DNA of 64,000 bases from an uncultured Ignavibacteria bacterium (GTDB taxonomy: Bacteria; Zixibacteria; MSB-5A5; RBG-16-43-9), in assembly GCA_964511075.1 (NCBI GenBank), contig CAZEDM010000005.1:135427-199426 (forward strand). Reading direction: 5' to 3'. The notes beneath the pieces were generated by a model that saw nothing but the letters and a program-made list of their open reading frames with translations, had not been told where the DNA came from and made no database searches. The translations under genes were made by a program, and so were the position numbers. Below are positions 48,319-59,235 of this stretch, in pieces (position 1 is the first letter of the stretch; the number at the start of each line of letters is the position of its first letter).

Positions 48319-48813
48319 TTATTTACCTACCGTAGTTACAGTGTTTAATATTTCGTTCATCACATCAATTACTATCTTAGCACCCTCACCAAGAGGCATA
48401 ATCTTATCCCCAATTTTTCCAAGCGTGTTATCGACTAACTTTAGTTGATGTGGATATGTGTGATACCTGAGACACCAACAAGTGTTATTGTTATGTTTCA
48501 TTGCTTGATCCCAGACAAGATAAGCAGTACCAGAAAGAGCAGAGAAAAGAGCCACAGAATATCCAACCTTGGCTGTAAAAGTACTTGGAATATTTGCTTC
48601 ACGAAATAAAGTTAACACGATTCTATCTGCTACTTTCCAGTTATAACCGAATTCTTCTCTGATACGTTTTGATTCATAGGAGCTAATGCAGAATTGGTTT
48701 ATTACTGAGCCGTCTCTCAATTGTTCACGATGAGGCTCCAAAGCCATACTTCCAGTAGGAGCAACAATTGAGAGAATCAACGTGAAAGCAATGATAAAAG
48801 TGATTTTATTCAT
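48319..48813 (-). CDS. hypothetical secreted protein
   Basis: Start moved to MNKITFIIAF (AAAGGAG 6 nt upstream). Signal peptide. Confidence 0.5.
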   Translation of the reverse strand: MNKITFIIAFTLILSIVAPTGSMALEPHREQLRDGSVINQFCISSYESKRIREEFGYNWKVADRIVLTLFREANIPSTFTAKVGYSVALFSALSGTAYLVWDQAMKHNNNTCWCLRYHTYPHQLKLVDNTLGKIGDKIMPLGEGAKIVIDVMNEILNTVTTVGK

Positions 48814-48863
48814 CTCCAACTCCTTTCTTTTTTTGAGCTTAAGAGTGAACATCAAGTAGCTCC

Positions 48864-49070
48864 TCAGCTTTTCGCTGCATAACCGAAACTAATGAGTGCG
48901 GATGTTCCCAAAATAAGAGCACCAGTGTACTCTCCCTCACCCGCACACAAGAAGGCAAAAACAGCAAAAATCAGCCCCGGCACTATAGCCCAACGTCCTT
49001 TCTGAGGGCGTTCTCCTCGTTTCCAGAGCTCGGCGCCTGGATCCACCCTCCAAGGATTCTTTACAGACAT
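48864..49070 (-). CDS. small membrane protein (68 aa)
   Basis: Strong SD GAGGAGGTGA 7 nt upstream, two hydrophobic helices, and apparently co-transcribed with the downstream gene. Confidence 0.5.
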   Translation of the reverse strand: MSVKNPWRVDPGAELWKRGERPQKGRWAIVPGLIFAVFAFLCAGEGEYTGALILGTSALISFGYAAKS

Positions 49071-49395
49071 GAATAATCACCTCCTCAATACAATTCCTTA
49101 TAGTCCTTTCTTATGATTGGCAGATTTATCACCTCCTCCTTCATTACCTTAAATTAATTTTTTGTATCCTAAGCTAACTTAGTGCTTTAACCTTTGCGTG
49201 TAATTCGGGCATGCAACCTTTATGCCAGGTTGTTCCTTAAGGTCTAAAATGAAAAGGTGAATATAGGTAAGTTAAAAATATATTTGAGGATAACTATTTA
49301 ATCTACTGAAGTATGAGGGGTAATAATTTACTATCAAATCCTGTTTTAGTCTCTATAAATTCTAATTTTTAGAAATTCCTATCTAAATTTTAGAA

Positions 49396-51477
49396 TCATT
49401 CCACCCTTACCCCCTTTTCCCACCTCTCAAATTTTTTCCACTTTTCTATTACTTCAGGGGTGATGTCAAAATCAATCAATCCCCTTTGTCTTAACTTAGA
49501 CCACTCATCATAAAAACGGCCTGACAAAATCAAATTTATAAAATTCAAATTTTGATCAACGAAATACTGCCTTTTCAATTCCTTATAGTCGGTCACTGTA
49601 ACAGCATATTGGTCGTATCCTTCTCTTTTTCCATCATAGTAAATACCTGCATGTGGATACATCCCTATTTTCTTTTCAGGGTCTATGATCCTTGGAATTT
49701 TAATATATACTTCCTCATGAGCTTTTGGTAACACTTTGCTAAAATATGGAGGGGATTGACCTTTCACATTCCTCCCATCCAAAATGAAAAGAATGGGGGC
49801 AGCGTTACCGTTCTCTAAAAAATTATTTATTCCTCCACAAACGATCTCCATCTCGCCATCCTTATCAATGTCTTTTATAAAAACGATTTCAATATGTCCT
49901 GAATGCCAGTATTCACCTTCGAGTTTACCATCTTTATTTAAAACGAATATCTGACAGGGAAACCAAGTTTTACAGTTAGCAGATTCTATCACCTCTTTTT
50001 CGCCATCTTGATCCACATCTTCAATATAAATTTTGTGTGCAGGCGTATAAATATCTCCTCCAGTTTCATAAATGCCGCTCCTCCCAACATTGAACCTCCA
50101 CAACTCATTGCCCTCAAAGTCTAAGCAGAGGATATATCCAGTCTTTGATTCGGTCTCTTTGAAACCTACAAATATTTCATTCTTACCATCTGAGTTAACA
50201 TCATTAAATTCGATTGCATGCTTTATAATCAGTGCGTTTGTACCTGGAGCAAGTTCAGTAGTAAAATGGATTTCTCTTATGAATCTTCTTCTCCATAATT
50301 CTTCCCCACTTTTATTATATATTATAAGCAGCTTGTTCTCTTCAACTTCTGCAGAGGCTGGATTCCAATCCTCCCAGAACCTGGCATATTTGTTGAATTG
50401 AAAATACAAGATTAACAAAAGTATTAGTATCAACCCTCCCAGAATACTCAGTGAAGACCTCCAGCTTCTAAGCTTTATCACCAGAGCCTTACCTTCTTCG
50501 ACTTCCAAATCCTGTTCTTTTGCCTTCTCTTTATTTATTTTTATCTGAATTCTTGTCCCTTGATTTATCTTATTTTCCACATTCCAATCACCATATCTTT
50601 TTATGAACTCAACTGTCTCCTCTGTTATCCCCAAACCCAAACCCGTATCTTTACCCTTTGTAAATCCTCTCTTGTAGAAACTCTCTTTTGTTTTCTCATC
50701 CATTCCAACCCCGTTATCCTCGATCTCCACCATCACCTCATCATCCTTCCCGGTCACTACTACCCTCACCCAAACTGGTAGCTGGTAGCTCGTAGCCTGC
50801 AGCTTTGTTTCCACCGCCTCCACCCCATTTCTAATTAGATTTGAAATTAGCTTCTGCCAGTCCTTGTAGCTTTTATAAGGCAGCCTGAATCTTTCACCGA
50901 TATCTTCATATCTCTCTTCTATTGATATCTGTTTCTCTCTGAGTGTCCCGTCCTTCTCAGTCCTGACTATCTTGACTGCTTCCTTTATTACCTCATTCAA
51001 ACTGAAAGTGAATCTCTGGGTGGCTTCGTCTAAAACTCTTTCTATTTCATTGGAGAAAATATCTAACTTATTCTTAAGCTCTAAGATTTTCCCTTTATCT
51101 TTTTCTATCCTGGCTAAATTTTTCCTCACACCCGCAAGTAGATGATTCAGCCTCACATCCACAAGGAGGGAAGAAATCAGCAAAAGGTTTCTTCTCTGGT
51201 CTTTCAGAAGGGATTCGAGCTGCCCAATTAAATCTTTGAAATATGCCAGATGAGTAGAGATACTCTCCCCTCTCTCCCAGGTAGAGAGTATCATCTCTAA
51301 GGAGGCGACCTTTTTCTTTCTTTCGTGGATTAAATCATCCCTTAAGGAGTTGAGAATTTGAAAATCTGGCTCTTTGCCTTCTAATCTGAGGGAAATGAAG
51401 GTGAGCAGAGAGTAAAGATATTCGCTGAAAAGAAAGATAAGGATTAATAGAACTATGATTATAAGATAGACAAGCAT
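49396..51477 (-). CDS. GHKL (HATPase_c) sensor-kinase-like membrane protein with the ATPase N-terminal to a second TM and a C-terminal FG-GAP/VCBS-like repeat domain
   Basis: N-box LISNLIRNGVEAV, G1 EDNGVGMD, G2 GLGLGI. TM at about residues 340-360. DVNSDGKNE, DVDQDGEKE, DIDKDGEME repeats. No obvious H-box. Confidence 0.6.
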   Translation of the reverse strand: MLVYLIIIVLLILIFLFSEYLYSLLTFISLRLEGKEPDFQILNSLRDDLIHERKKKVASLEMILSTWERGESISTHLAYFKDLIGQLESLLKDQRRNLLLISSLLVDVRLNHLLAGVRKNLARIEKDKGKILELKNKLDIFSNEIERVLDEATQRFTFSLNEVIKEAVKIVRTEKDGTLREKQISIEERYEDIGERFRLPYKSYKDWQKLISNLIRNGVEAVETKLQATSYQLPVWVRVVVTGKDDEVMVEIEDNGVGMDEKTKESFYKRGFTKGKDTGLGLGITEETVEFIKRYGDWNVENKINQGTRIQIKINKEKAKEQDLEVEEGKALVIKLRSWRSSLSILGGLILILLLILYFQFNKYARFWEDWNPASAEVEENKLLIIYNKSGEELWRRRFIREIHFTTELAPGTNALIIKHAIEFNDVNSDGKNEIFVGFKETESKTGYILCLDFEGNELWRFNVGRSGIYETGGDIYTPAHKIYIEDVDQDGEKEVIESANCKTWFPCQIFVLNKDGKLEGEYWHSGHIEIVFIKDIDKDGEMEIVCGGINNFLENGNAAPILFILDGRNVKGQSPPYFSKVLPKAHEEVYIKIPRIIDPEKKIGMYPHAGIYYDGKREGYDQYAVTVTDYKELKRQYFVDQNLNFINLILSGRFYDEWSKLRQRGLIDFDITPEVIEKWKKFERWEKGVRVE

Positions 51478-51596
51478 TAAACCCTCAATCAGTCATTACA
51501 AGGAGTTCCGCCAACTGCTGGATGGCGAAGCATCCATCTTTGATTGAGTAAAAAGACCGCTCTCCCCGCTAGAGGTAAAATTGCAATGACTGGATT

Positions 51597-52319
51597 TTAT
51601 TCCACCACTATCTTTTTATCTTTTATGTAAATTTTCTTCGTTTCCCCGGGATTCAAAATGAAGAAATCTGACTCAAGCCTCTCCGGTTTCACCATAAGGA
51701 GAAGCCTTCTCCAGCTGTATATTTTCCCCCAGATCTCAGTAGGTCCTCCGGAAAGTTTATAGGCTTTTATTTTCTCCCCTGATGTATCAGAGGATGAGAA
51801 GATCTCTAAGGAGATAAGCTTATACCCATCCGCGAATCCAAATAAACCCAACCACTCCTCCCAGTTTAAAATCTCCGCTTCAAGCTTCAATCTTGTCTCC
51901 GGGTATGTTAAGTCCTGCCTTGGTAGTTCAAAATCTTCCTGGTAAACCTTTCCCTTTTTACCCTGGGCCAGGAAAGAGATTACCAAATAAGAACCTTCAA
52001 CCTTTTCTGCTTTAAGCTCTGCAACAAGTTTTTCTGAGGATAGAACATTAAAGGGGCGTAGCTGATTTTGCATTTGAAAAAATAACCAGGCGAAAAAGAT
52101 AAACAGAATCGAGAGAATAAAAATAATGACCCTGGTCAACCTACCGTAGTTTCTCTTCTCCTTTTCCTCTTCGATTATGCGAACCCTTTTTAAAAGCCAG
52201 AAAAAAAGGGTAAAAAGCAAAAAAAGCCCCATTACCAGAAATATGACTCCAAAGACTGCAATTTTATACTCAAAACCTATGGTTCCGAATCCGGACATAA
52301 AACCTTCTTTAGGTTTCAA
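51597..52319 (-). CDS. hypothetical membrane protein
   Basis: Two N-terminal TM helices followed by a soluble domain. Confidence 0.4.
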   Translation of the reverse strand: MKPKEGFMSGFGTIGFEYKIAVFGVIFLVMGLFLLFTLFFWLLKRVRIIEEEKEKRNYGRLTRVIIFILSILFIFFAWLFFQMQNQLRPFNVLSSEKLVAELKAEKVEGSYLVISFLAQGKKGKVYQEDFELPRQDLTYPETRLKLEAEILNWEEWLGLFGFADGYKLISLEIFSSSDTSGEKIKAYKLSGGPTEIWGKIYSWRRLLLMVKPERLESDFFILNPGETKKIYIKDKKIVVE

Positions 52320-52396
52320 TAAGTTTTGAAGTTAAACTCCAACTCTTAAATTTAACTTTAAAAAGCATCAACATTTAGCAAAAAAGATGTGGATAA

Positions 52397-52405
52397 GTAT
52401 GGTTT
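52397..52405. promoter_or_regulatory. single consensus DnaA box (TGTGGATAA) in the AT-rich spacer upstream of parB
   Basis: Exact 9-mer; only one copy nearby. Confidence 0.3.
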
Positions 52406-52510
52406 TAAAGTCTGCATTGTTCTGTCGTAATCCATTGGTTTGTAATCACTTAACATCTTATTCGCATATTGCGCTATTTTATAAACATTTTGAAAAATAA
52501 TCCCTATTCC

Positions 52511-53362
52511 TCAGATTGTAATCTGCAGCAGCTCTAAAATTCGGTTAAGGTCCTCATCTGAATAGAACTCTATCAGTATCTTCCCTCTTTTTCTCCCTTT
52601 TATTATTTTAACTGAGGTCCCAAGATATTGTTTCAATTTATCTTCTATCAGCTGAAGTTGAGGATATACTCTTTTAAGTCTTTTTGGTCGGATTTTCTTT
52701 TTACCATATACTATCTCCTCTGTTTCCCTAACAGATAATCCATTGTTAATTATATCGTTAGATAAAGCTATGCGGTGCTCGTCAGAATCTAAGCTCAAGA
52801 GTGCCCTTGCATGACCCTCTGAGAGCTTACCGGATATTATACTATTCTGGATTTCTTCTGGTAAGTTCAATAATCTCAACATATTAGAGATGGTCGCTCT
52901 GTTCTTTCCAACCTTTCTGGATAGGTCTTCCTGGGTTAACCCGAACTCCATAATTAATCTTTTATATCCCTTAGCTTCATCAATTGGATTCAAATCCTCT
53001 CTCTGAATATTTTCTATAATGGACAATTCAAGCGAACCCTCTTTCGACAGATTTTCTGCCAAAATGGCCGGAATTAAAGATATGCCTAATTTTTTTGCTG
53101 CAACAAACCTTCTCTCTCCAGCTATTATTTCATATCCTTCATCAATTTTTCTAACTATAATTGGTTGAATTATACCCTTTTCCCTTATAGAATCTGCCAA
53201 TTCTGTTAATTTATCCTGATTGAAACTGCCTCTGGGCTGCAATGGGTTTGTTCTGATTTTCTCAACTTCTAACTCTAATATCTCTTTTTTCACCCTGTTC
53301 TCTTCCTGGGAAATCTCAGGGATCAAGGCTTTTATCCCTTTACCTAAGGCTACTCTTTTCAT
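52511..53362 (-). CDS. parB: ParB/Spo0J partition protein
   Basis: ParB-box GERRFVAAKKLG, an HTH region, and overlap with the upstream parA. Confidence 0.9.
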   Translation of the reverse strand: MKRVALGKGIKALIPEISQEENRVKKEILELEVEKIRTNPLQPRGSFNQDKLTELADSIREKGIIQPIIVRKIDEGYEIIAGERRFVAAKKLGISLIPAILAENLSKEGSLELSIIENIQREDLNPIDEAKGYKRLIMEFGLTQEDLSRKVGKNRATISNMLRLLNLPEEIQNSIISGKLSEGHARALLSLDSDEHRIALSNDIINNGLSVRETEEIVYGKKKIRPKRLKRVYPQLQLIEDKLKQYLGTSVKIIKGRKRGKILIEFYSDEDLNRILELLQITI

Positions 53363-54116
53363 GGTCCAATATCTCCTTGGCTAAGTTTATATAGTTCTCC
53401 GCACCTGTGGAATGAATATCATATAAAATAATCGGCTTGCCAAAACTTGGCGACTCTGATATCCTCACATTTCTATGGATGACGGTTTGATATATCTTTG
53501 AGCCGAAGTACTTCCTGGCCTCCTCCGCTACCTGTTTGGAGAGATTAAGCCTCACATCATACATAGTCAATAAAACTCCTTCTATTTCAAGTTTTGGATT
53601 CAGGCTCTTCTGCACCAGATTTATGGTATTTAAAAGTTGGCCTAACCCTTCCAGTCCGTAGTATTCACACTGAATCGGTATAAGTACAGAATCAGAGGCA
53701 GTCAAAGTATTAATGGTTAAAAGCCCCAGTGAAGGTGGGGTATCTATGATAATAAAATCATATTCCTCTTTAATTGGGATTAGAGCTGAGCTTAATTTTC
53801 TTTCTCTGCTTTTTAAATTCACCATCTCCACCTCTGCCCCCACTAGCCTTAAAGTGGACGGAACAATCTCCAGAAAGGGAACTTCTGTTGGAAGAATAAC
53901 ATCCTTGATTGGAGTTTCGTCGATCAAAACCTCATAGATGGTCTTCTCCAGGTTATTCTTATTTATTGCCATCCCGGAGGTTGAATTAGCCTGTGGGTCG
54001 ATATCTATCAATAGAACTTTTTTTTCTGCCATTCCCAAACAGGCAGATAGATTAACGGCGGTCGTGGTTTTGCCTACTCCCCCTTTTTGATTAGCAACTG
54101 CAATTACCTTCCCCAT
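53340..54116 (-). CDS. parA: ParA/Soj partition ATPase
   Basis: Deviant Walker A NQKGGVGKTTTAVNLS. Confidence 0.92.
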   Translation of the reverse strand: MGKVIAVANQKGGVGKTTTAVNLSACLGMAEKKVLLIDIDPQANSTSGMAINKNNLEKTIYEVLIDETPIKDVILPTEVPFLEIVPSTLRLVGAEVEMVNLKSRERKLSSALIPIKEEYDFIIIDTPPSLGLLTINTLTASDSVLIPIQCEYYGLEGLGQLLNTINLVQKSLNPKLEIEGVLLTMYDVRLNLSKQVAEEARKYFGSKIYQTVIHRNVRISESPSFGKPIILYDIHSTGAENYINLAKEILDHEKSSLR

Positions 54117-54186
54117 TCAAAATCCTTTTCTCTTAACACCAACTCCTTATGATTTTTGTATTTATAAAAGAGAAAACTGGGAAAAG

Positions 54187-54855
54187 TCAAGAGGTTTTTT
54201 GAATCAGAACAAAAAATCTTTTTAATCTCATCTCAGGTATCTCGAAATATTTTATATCCTTAATCTGTAATTTCAAATTCTTACAACTTTGAAGAAACTC
54301 TATAATCTCGGATCTGTACGAGCCTCCCTTGTAGGTAACCAGCAATCCATTTGTTCTTAGAAAGGGATAACAGATTGGAATGGTCTCCTTCAATTTCCCA
54401 AAAGCCTTAGCAGTGATGTAATCAAAGCTTTCTATGAAGTCCGTCGAAGCTTGCAGATTTTCAATTCTTTCCTGAAGAACTTCGGTGTTATTCAATTCTA
54501 AAGATCCTATCATCTTTTTCAAAAACAAAACCTTTTTGCGGACAGATTCAACCATGACTATTTTTAAATCTTCCCTGACAATCTTCAGCGGAATCGCCGG
54601 AAAACCAGCTCCGGAGCCTAAATCCAAAATGTTCGAGCCTGCTGGTATATTTATAGCCTTGAAGAGTAAAAGAGAATCTAAAAAATGCCGGTGTATATCT
54701 TCAGGTTTATCTTTTTTTCTCGAGATTAGGTTTATCTTTTCATTCCAGGCACTAAGCTCGTTCAGATAAAGACTAAATTTTTCAGATAATCTGGAGGAAA
54801 GGTCTAAGCCTATATGGATTTTTAGTAGTCTCTTAAATTTTTCCTCGGGTTTCAC
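54187..54855 (-). CDS. rsmG: 16S rRNA (guanine527-N7)-methyltransferase
   Basis: GidB family LDLGSGAGFPAIPL SAM motif and a length of about 220 aa. Confidence 0.85.
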   Translation of the reverse strand: MKPEEKFKRLLKIHIGLDLSSRLSEKFSLYLNELSAWNEKINLISRKKDKPEDIHRHFLDSLLLFKAINIPAGSNILDLGSGAGFPAIPLKIVREDLKIVMVESVRKKVLFLKKMIGSLELNNTEVLQERIENLQASTDFIESFDYITAKAFGKLKETIPICYPFLRTNGLLVTYKGGSYRSEIIEFLQSCKNLKLQIKDIKYFEIPEMRLKRFFVLIQKTS

Positions 54856-54863
54856 GTGAAACT
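54848..54863. promoter_or_regulatory. parS site (GGTTTCACGTGAAACT)
   Basis: 14/16 match to TGTTTCACGTGAAACA with a perfect central palindrome. Overlaps the annotated rsmG start. Confidence 0.7.
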
Positions 54864-54869
54864 TTTGGC

Positions 54870-56762
54870 TTAGGTTTTTGTCTTGCTTGAGGATGTATCC
54901 TTTCTTGAGCTGAACTGCTTAATGTAGACCATAAGAACAGCTATATCCCCAGGAGATACTCCGGATATCCTGGAAGCCTGGCCTATGGACCTGGGTTTAA
55001 TTCTCATTAATTTCTCCTTTGCTTCCTTTTTGAAACCCTTCAGATCAGTATAATCAAAATCCTCAGGAATAACCATATCCTCCAATTTCTTGAACTTTTC
55101 TATCTCTTTCAACTCTCTTTGAATATAGCCATCGTATTTAATCTCTATCTCCACCTTTTCTCTTAATGTTATTGGGAGCTCTGTAGAAACCTGGTCAATT
55201 TTCTCCAAGTCATCATAGGTTATCTCCGGCATCTTCAGGGCATAGGCTAAGGAAACCTGTTTACCATTGGTTTCTTCATCCAAAAATTTACCAAAAGAGC
55301 TTAAAGGGACAAATATTTTCTTTAACCTTAGCTTCTCCTCTTCTATTCTTTTGCTTTTTTCTTTAAACTCTCTATAAATGTCATCCAAGACTAACCCATA
55401 TTTATGCCCGTAGCTTAAAAGCCTTTCATCTGCATTATCTTCCCTTAGGATTAGCCTGTGTTCTGCCCTAGAAGTAAACATCCTGTATGGCTCCTGAGTC
55501 CCTTTGGTTACCAAATCATCTATAAGCACACCAATATAGGCTTCACTTCTGTCCAGAATAAAAGGCTCTTTTTTTCTTAGCTTCAGGGCCGCATTTATAC
55601 CAGCCATAATCCCCTGAGCTGCGGCTTCTTCATAGCCTGAAGTGCCATTTATCTGTCCGGCAAAGTAAAGATTTTCCACCAACTTTGTCTCTAAGGTAGA
55701 CTTGAGCTGAGTTGGAGGGAAAAAATCATATTCTATGGCATAACCCGGACGGGTCATCTCTACCTTTTCTAAACCGGGAACTGTCTTTAAAGCCTTTAAC
55801 TGAATATCTTCAGGCAAAGAAGTAGCAAAACCGTTAACGTAATATTCAGTAGTATTATCCCCCTCAGGCTCCAGGAAAAGCTGATGTCTGATTTTTTCCT
55901 TGAATTTAACCACCTTATCTTCGATTGAGGGGCAATACCTTGGACCCACGCCCTTTATAACACCACTATAAAGGGGGGAACGATCCAAGTTTTCTAAAAT
56001 TATTTTATGACTATTCGCATTAGTATGAGTCAGATAACAAAGCTCATCTCTTTTAGCCAGGCTCTTTGTTCTCAAAGAAAAAGGTCTGAAGTTCTCCTCC
56101 CCTGGCTGGGGAATGGTTTTTGAAAAATCTATGGTTTTCCCGTCTAATCTTGGAGGAGTCCCGGTCTTAAGCCTTCCAACTTCAAAACCAACCTCCTTCA
56201 ACTTATCAGAAAGCTTTAAAGCTGGAAACTCCCCTGCCCTTCCTGCTGAAAAATTGACTAAGCCTATATGAATCAAACCATTAAGGAAAGTACCGGCAGT
56301 CAAAATAACTATATCTCCATAATAAATTGTACCTGTGGAAGTCAAAACACCCTTGACATTTCTATCTTCAATTAAAATCTCTTCGACATTACCCTGTTTT
56401 ATCCAGAGATCAGGTTGAGTTTCAATAGAATTCCTCATAGCCATCTTGTAGGCTACCCTATCACACTGAGCTCTTGAGGACCAGACAGCAGGTCCTTTTT
56501 TTCTGTTTAGGGTCTTAAACTGGATGTAGGTTTTATCTGTAATATAACCCATCTCTCCGCCCAAGGCATCGATTTCCCTGACCAGATGGCCTTTGGCTGA
56601 ACCACCAATAGCCGGGTTGCAGGACATCTGTGCAATGGTCTCCTTATTAATAGTCAAAAGCAAGGTCTTACACCCCATCCGCGCAGATGCCAAAGCCGCC
56701 TCACATCCTGCATGACCGGCACCAACTACTATAACTTCAAATCTTTCCTGATATTCAATCAT
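54870..56762 (-). CDS. mnmG: tRNA uridine-5-carboxymethylaminomethyl modification enzyme
   Basis: GidA family [26 protein letters not shown] motif and a length of about 630 aa. Confidence 0.95.
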   Translation of the reverse strand: MIEYQERFEVIVVGAGHAGCEAALASARMGCKTLLLTINKETIAQMSCNPAIGGSAKGHLVREIDALGGEMGYITDKTYIQFKTLNRKKGPAVWSSRAQCDRVAYKMAMRNSIETQPDLWIKQGNVEEILIEDRNVKGVLTSTGTIYYGDIVILTAGTFLNGLIHIGLVNFSAGRAGEFPALKLSDKLKEVGFEVGRLKTGTPPRLDGKTIDFSKTIPQPGEENFRPFSLRTKSLAKRDELCYLTHTNANSHKIILENLDRSPLYSGVIKGVGPRYCPSIEDKVVKFKEKIRHQLFLEPEGDNTTEYYVNGFATSLPEDIQLKALKTVPGLEKVEMTRPGYAIEYDFFPPTQLKSTLETKLVENLYFAGQINGTSGYEEAAAQGIMAGINAALKLRKKEPFILDRSEAYIGVLIDDLVTKGTQEPYRMFTSRAEHRLILREDNADERLLSYGHKYGLVLDDIYREFKEKSKRIEEEKLRLKKIFVPLSSFGKFLDEETNGKQVSLAYALKMPEITYDDLEKIDQVSTELPITLREKVEIEIKYDGYIQRELKEIEKFKKLEDMVIPEDFDYTDLKGFKKEAKEKLMRIKPRSIGQASRISGVSPGDIAVLMVYIKQFSSRKDTSSSKTKT

Positions 56763-56778
56763 AGCTTCACGTGAAACA
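56763..56778. promoter_or_regulatory. parS-like site (AGCTTCACGTGAAACA)
   Basis: 14/16 match to the parS consensus, immediately upstream of mnmG. Confidence 0.6.
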
Positions 56779-56837
56779 TAATTAATAATTTAAATAAATT
56801 AAAATTTATACGTTATAAGTCAAGAGGATTTCTGAAG

Positions 56838-59213
56838 TTATTTATACTTAACCTCACAGAGTACCGAATTAAATGGATTGAAAACTATCCCCTTTGGAGA
56901 AACAGGAACTTTGGGCAATTTTATTTCCGTGTATGGTTTATCTATCAGCACCTTGACAATAGAGTACTTATCCTCCCCGAAATTCAACACCACCGGCACT
57001 ACCATTTTAAAACCCTCTGAGACATTCTCCTGCTTAACCTTAAGATTCACCACGAATTTCCCGTCCTGTGTCTGCTCTTTTTCCCAGGAGACAGTATAAG
57101 TCGGGATTTCGATGCCGTAGACCCACTGGTCGAAAAACCAGCCCATATCCTCCCCGAAATGTTTATCCACAATCTTTTTAAAATCCTCCGTTGATGCCTC
57201 CTTGAGATAATATGTGTTGACGAAATCCTGCAGCATCTGCACAAATTTTCCATCATCCATGGTTTTGAAATCCATCATCATATTTCTAAGCATATGAATG
57301 ACATAGGCCCCTTTCTGATAAACCAAGATATCGAAGTCCAGCGATTCGGAGGAGTCCAGCCTGTATCCCAGCCACAGAGGCCCGGCTTTTGTGCCTTTGA
57401 TTTTGAAACCTCCTTTGCCCAAGATATTATCCTTCCAGTGCTCGATTATGTTGAAAAATGTCTTGTTATCCTTGAAATACATCTGGGTATACCAGGCACC
57501 GGAATAGGTAGCCAGCCCCTCGCTTAACCACTGGTCATGATAGGTCTTCCATCCCACAATATGCCCCCACCACTGATGAGAGACCTCGTGTGCCCTGAAA
57601 TACTCGGTTGCCCCCTGGACCTCATTCTGGAAAGTCACCCAGGAAAGATGCAAAAGCCCGGGGAATCCCTGGCCATAAGCAGCAGGTATCTCTGCAACCG
57701 ATATCTTTGGGAAAGGGCATTTCCCAAATAAGTTCTGGAAGAAATTAAGACTGTTAACCACATCCGCGCCTATGTTCTCCTTGATATGCTTATCCTGAGC
57801 CATCAGATCCATATCCGGGTAAATGAGGGAGAGGCGGTTATAATCGGAGGTGAACTGCCTATGACTTTCTGCTACATGATAGATCGAGACGTCTGGAAGT
57901 CCCTCGTTCTTCAAATCCAGGACCTCAAAGCTCCCTAAGTTGAAAGAGACCAAGGCTACCGGTATATCCTCGACCCAGCGGGTAAGCAGAAAATCTTTTT
58001 CCATTTTCTCCTTTACTTTTTCTCCTATGGAGATGAACTTGTAACCCTTTGGGCTTCTGAAGGTAAGGTCGAAGGTTGACCTCTGGTTATACCCATACTG
58101 AGGATACCAGAAACTTGAATACTCCAGATAAAAGTCCCCGTAAATATTCTTACTCATAACGTCTCCGGAGTAAGTAAAAATTAATTTTTCCTTCTGACCG
58201 TCTATTGAGGGAGTGTTCAGTATAACACCTACCTCTGCAAAGCCTTTCTCCTGTATGAACGAAAGCTCTTTTCCGGAACTATCCTTTACCTGGCTAACCT
58301 CGAGCTTCTCAGCCATATCGAAGCTCAAGACCCTCACCCCGCTTTTAAGAAAAGTTAAATCTACTTCGCAATCTGAAGTAATCTTACCGGAAGTAGATAT
58401 CATCACTTCCATTCTGTAATGTTCGATCTCTATCTCATTTATCTCCTCCTCTTTGGGGGCAGGCTCAGACTCAAAAGAGCAAACCAGATCAACCCCTTTA
58501 GGAAAAGCAGGGGATATTCCGGTTTTGAACTCCTGCATAAGTTTAACCTGCTCAATATCTTTTGGGTCATACAAAAAGAAAAGGGTGCTGCCTGAACGGG
58601 GTGATATCTCTGCCCAGAAAAATCCTTCTCCTTCTTCCTGCACTAAGTCTGACAATATCCTTGTCTCGTGATTGAAAATAAGGTCTGGATTGAAATAAAG
58701 CTCCTCTTTGATTTTTTTCCTGCCTGAATTGAAAATATCTTTAGCCTTACCAGGTATATCCCCCTCTTCAAAGTTCAATCCAGAAAGTTCCTCATCGGTC
58801 GAATCGGAAAACCTCAGATATAGCTTGTCGAATTCCGTTTTAAGAGCAGAAGATTTGGTGAATTTCTCGAGTTGATATTTCTCTATATCCGTAGGAGGAG
58901 AAAACTCAAAGACCCCTTCACCTATAAAAACCGCACCGGTGATTTTGCCAGAAACAGGCTTGGCAAGATAAATTTCACCCTTTTTTAAATGGAAGGTAGC
59001 GACATCCCTTTTTAAAACAAGATCTTCGACCTTTGCTGTTTTAGTATTGTCCAGCTCGAGTGATTTTAACTGGTCATAAAGTCCTGATATCTCAGTGCCT
59101 GAAAGCTCTGCTCTGCTCTGAGCAAAAGAGGCCCGGCTTAGAAGTGCTACTGTCAGAAACACCAAATAAAAACTGATGAATCTTATCTGGAATGTTCGTG
59201 AAGACAACCTCAC
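56838..59213 (-). CDS. secreted M1-family zinc metallopeptidase (aminopeptidase N-like)
   Basis: Signal peptide and gluzincin motif HEVSHQWWG...(18)...WLSEGLATY. Confidence 0.8.
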   Translation of the reverse strand: MRLSSRTFQIRFISFYLVFLTVALLSRASFAQSRAELSGTEISGLYDQLKSLELDNTKTAKVEDLVLKRDVATFHLKKGEIYLAKPVSGKITGAVFIGEGVFEFSPPTDIEKYQLEKFTKSSALKTEFDKLYLRFSDSTDEELSGLNFEEGDIPGKAKDIFNSGRKKIKEELYFNPDLIFNHETRILSDLVQEEGEGFFWAEISPRSGSTLFFLYDPKDIEQVKLMQEFKTGISPAFPKGVDLVCSFESEPAPKEEEINEIEIEHYRMEVMISTSGKITSDCEVDLTFLKSGVRVLSFDMAEKLEVSQVKDSSGKELSFIQEKGFAEVGVILNTPSIDGQKEKLIFTYSGDVMSKNIYGDFYLEYSSFWYPQYGYNQRSTFDLTFRSPKGYKFISIGEKVKEKMEKDFLLTRWVEDIPVALVSFNLGSFEVLDLKNEGLPDVSIYHVAESHRQFTSDYNRLSLIYPDMDLMAQDKHIKENIGADVVNSLNFFQNLFGKCPFPKISVAEIPAAYGQGFPGLLHLSWVTFQNEVQGATEYFRAHEVSHQWWGHIVGWKTYHDQWLSEGLATYSGAWYTQMYFKDNKTFFNIIEHWKDNILGKGGFKIKGTKAGPLWLGYRLDSSESLDFDILVYQKGAYVIHMLRNMMMDFKTMDDGKFVQMLQDFVNTYYLKEASTEDFKKIVDKHFGEDMGWFFDQWVYGIEIPTYTVSWEKEQTQDGKFVVNLKVKQENVSEGFKMVVPVVLNFGEDKYSIVKVLIDKPYTEIKLPKVPVSPKGIVFNPFNSVLCEVKYK

Positions 59214-59235
59214 CTACTCCTGCGTTTGAGTTTTT

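Noticed and set aside
49071-49395. AT-rich 325-bp spacer considered as possible oriC
   Set aside because: No DnaA-box cluster. More likely the promoter region of the minus-strand GHKL operon.
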